Assembly: GCF_009914755.1 (NCBI RefSeq)
Contig: NC_060941.1
DNA from: the human T2T-CHM13v2.0 reference genome, Homo sapiens
Direction: 5' to 3' (one strand)
Length of the DNA: 64,000 bases
Made by a program: the position numbers and the translations under genes. Positions 60,817 to 64,000 of the stretch are shown here, one piece after another (positions within the stretch are counted from its first letter, which is position 1; the number at the start of each line of letters is the position of its first letter). The notes under the pieces are model-generated. The model was not told where the DNA came from, made no database searches, and was given only the letters and a program-made list of their open reading frames with translations.

Positions 60817-62579
60817 ACCCCCCAAAATGGGTGTTTACAGACTGCACCGGATGTTTTCTTTATCACTGATGGTGCCAGTTTTCGTACAAACATCTCATTA
60901 GAGTTGTTTATTTACTGAGGAAGAGTTTTATGCCTCATAAAATAGGGATAACTTTAGGTTACCAAAGCAGGACCCACACCATTTCCATGTGCAAGACAAA
61001 ACACTTATTTCAGAAAATCGTCATAGGAAGCATTGTGCTTTTGACAGAATAATAAAAGAAAGAGAAAATTTGGCCAATGAATAATTATAGATACAACTCA
61101 TTACAAATCAGGAAAATAATATGTCCACAGATTTTGATTCTGTGGATTGATTGCTTGTGTCCCCTTTTAAAATTAGTATTACAGCTCACAAAATGACAAT
61201 TATTTGTTTGTGCCACCACCATAAAAATGGTCAGTGTGATTAGTAATCTTTCAATGCTTTTTGTGATCTCAGAGCATGTGCTGATAAAGACTGGAGGAGT
61301 GAGCTATATATTGGGTTTAAAGTGTGTGTGTGTGTGCAAACCATGTCTACCTGCGTACAAATGGAAAAGTCACTTTACATAACTGATAGGAATAACTTGT
61401 TTTTCTGCAGGCTAAAATATAAATTGGTTAGAGCTGGAATTATGATCTTTGATTTCCTGAAACTTGCCTTCTCCACATTTCTCATTGCTTATTGTTAGAT
61501 AAGTTATACTATTTTACCTGTATTCCTAATAAGAGTGAAATATAAATTCTAAGTTATAACCTTTTAGTCCCTTGGGAATTCCTTAATGATTATACTTCAG
61601 AGTAGGGGCAAGGAACCCACAGGAATCTTTTCTTCTGAGATGTAGAGCCTGTTTTCTCCTATTTATTTATTTATGAAGGCCTGAATTTCATGAAAATTGA
61701 AAATACTGGAACTTGGAAAATAAAATTCTATTTAGGTTCCAAATCAGTAATTCCACTGGATGAAATCTCTGGTGCCAAATCTGACAGACAGGAACTTGAG
61801 ATACGTAATTTTTTTGAATTATCTCTTGGATTTCACCTCCATTGTGAAGGATAATCTATTTCACTTTGCTTGGTTTTAGTCGTTACATTTATTTCATTTT
61901 CAAAGGTGCATAGAGAAAATTGTCTCTAGAATTTTTAAGAACATTATAGGAAAAAAACAGATTAATCTGAAAAAGTTAAAAAATTTTTGATCCAGAATAA
62001 ACTTATTTTTTCTCCTAATCTTGAGTGCTACTTCCTAGGTACCTGATAGTAGAAACCAAACCAAACCAAACCAGAAGAACATATGTAAGTGAGTTAAAAT
62101 AGTCTCTTAGGATTTATTACTCCCTGGGCAGAGCTGGGTTTGAATTTAGTGATTCTCTTTACACATCAACACTTATGCAAAAAGTTCTTAGAGTGTCTCA
62201 TGGTATATTGACGCTGCTCTGCAACAAATATGAGTTCAAGGATTCAAAAACACTTCTGAAAAATTACAAATCTCTGAAAGAAAATTATCTTTTCACAGTA
62301 ACCTAATGAGTCAAAAGAAAAATATCTGTGAAGAAAACCCATGTTTTGGTTGTCCATCACAGGCTCCAGTTAGCTAAAATGCAGTCATGTAAGTGCAGGT
62401 AAAATAAGAAATATTTCCTTCTGTCTGGAACTAATTTCTAATTGTAAATTATTTGTTACTGGTTATTGTCCTGCAGGTAGGACTATTTATTTTGGTCTTG
62501 ATTAATTAGGTAGTGTTGTATAATGATCTATAGCTATAGTCTCCATCGTAGAATATAGAAATCACCCAGAATTCATTTC

Positions 62580-63113
62580 TGTGGAGTCCTCCTTAGGGAA
62601 AAGAAGTCAGGCTGGCAGGACCAGAGGAAAGCAAGTTAGTGGGTGCAGCGCACCAGTATGGCACATGTATACATATATAACTAACCTGCACAATGTGATA
62701 AATAAATAAAAAAAACCAAAAAACAAAAAACAAAGAAAGAAAGCAGGTAATGTATAAGACTCACCTTCTTCATGGTCCAGGACACATAGCCCTCCTGCAC
62801 AATATTCCTGCACCCAGCTATCACCAGACCTTCAGCTGATAGAAAAATGTAACTTAGCTCACTGCAACCTTAGTGTTATCAGTACCACACAAACCCTCTT
62901 CAGCACACAGTACAAGCACCATCCTGTAAAATCTCCAGCACGCCTTTGTCTCCTTGCAGACAGCCCCTTCTCTGCTGTGCTGCCCATTGCTTCCTTGCAA
63001 CGTATTTTCATACGTTCTCTAATATATCTGCCTTTCTTTACCTACAACTATCTTGATAAATTCTTCTTACCCCCATGCCACCAGCCCCAGATAGTTGCTA
63101 ATCACCCGTGACA
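62580..63113 (+). mobile_element. ERV solo LTR (MER72-like) containing a short L1PA 3' insert (~62637-62740)
   Basis: TG...CA ends; 5-bp TSD atttc at 62575-62579 and 63114-63118; insert gtgggtgcagcgcaccagtatggcacatgtatac plus A-rich tail. Confidence 0.7.
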
Positions 63114-64000
63114 ATTTCTATAGCATATCATCACCAGAAGAAAGGAACATTGGGAATAGAGAAAAAGAAATAGACATCATGAAAGGCCATGATAAAAAAA
63201 AAAACCGACAACAACACGGTAGTTTATTTTGCATAATACTATGCTCTTACCTTACAACATCCACCTAGGCTGCCAGAATCATTTTCCTAAAATACAAACC
63301 TGCTTTTTGTCGCCTTCCACTTATGGAATGCAAACTTTCTACCTTGGCAAATATGACCTTCCCTAACCTGGTGCCAATTTACCTTTCTGGGCTCACTTCC
63401 TGATGTTCTGTCTCACAAACCCTAAGCTCCAGCCATCCTTCAAGCTTCGTAGGTACTATTTTCTTGGTCAAATGCTCTTCTGCTATTCGTTTCCTGGATG
63501 AACTCACATGTCAAGACTCAGCTGAAACGTCGTTCAACTGCCTCATGTGGAGATGTGGCTCCTCCCAGAGCACTTTGCACGCATCTCTGCTATAGCAGTT
63601 GTCTTGTTGCTTTTAACATTTGTGCGACAGGTTATAAGAGTTTACATGAGGCCTTAAGAAATTTGGCTCAGGGCCAGAGCTAGTATCCACGTGCAGCAAC
63701 TTGGTTGATTTTCACTGTTTTGGGCAACAACCTAAATAACTTTTAACAGTGCCTGGGAATGTTCAAGGGTCAGCTCGGGTTCAAGCTGCAGGGGAAACAC
63801 ACAGCTGGCTGGGCCACAGGGTGGTCAAGGTAATCTGTTTCCCAAGGCAAAGAAGGAAGTGGAGGGATGATCTGGGTGACCCTACAACATGATCAATCAT
63901 ATTGAATAACTTGGTCACTCTACATTATCCTTTATGTAAATTGTTTTATTCAGTTAGTTGATAGGATTAGCAAATGGATTTCCACCCCCATCTATGTTCT

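Noticed and set aside
60735-60893. 53-aa in-frame N-terminal extension of KRT40
   Set aside because: Its ATG lies upstream of the TATA box at 60810-60816, so it is not in the proximal-promoter mRNA

Overview
Primate (almost certainly human, 17q21.2) genomic DNA from the type I keratin cluster. Three intron-containing keratin genes lie in tandem on the minus strand. KRT23 has seven coding exons in the window (12936->804); its last exon lies beyond the left edge. KRT39 is complete (7 coding exons, 43317->35062, 1476 nt = 491 aa) and KRT40 is complete (7 coding exons, 60734->54658, 1296 nt = 431 aa). I placed exon boundaries by hand from splice sites and the conserved 83/157/162/126/221-nt type I keratin exon sizes; the phases sum to intact reading frames. 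The rest is Alu, L1, L2, MIR, LTR and DNA-transposon remnants plus simple repeats, and most ORF-track entries are repeat artefacts. I did not find a convincing previously undescribed biological system. The best leads are: an unexplained 139-bp near-perfect palindrome at 24185-24323 with neighbouring perfect palindromes; a GC-AG last intron and substitutions at conserved rod residues in KRT40; collinear promoter motifs shared by KRT39 and KRT40; a uORF-rich KRT23 leader; a 33-bp indel-free tandem array growing out of a MIR; and inverted Alu pairs around keratin exons. Repeat subfamily names come from memory of consensus sequences, not from a search.
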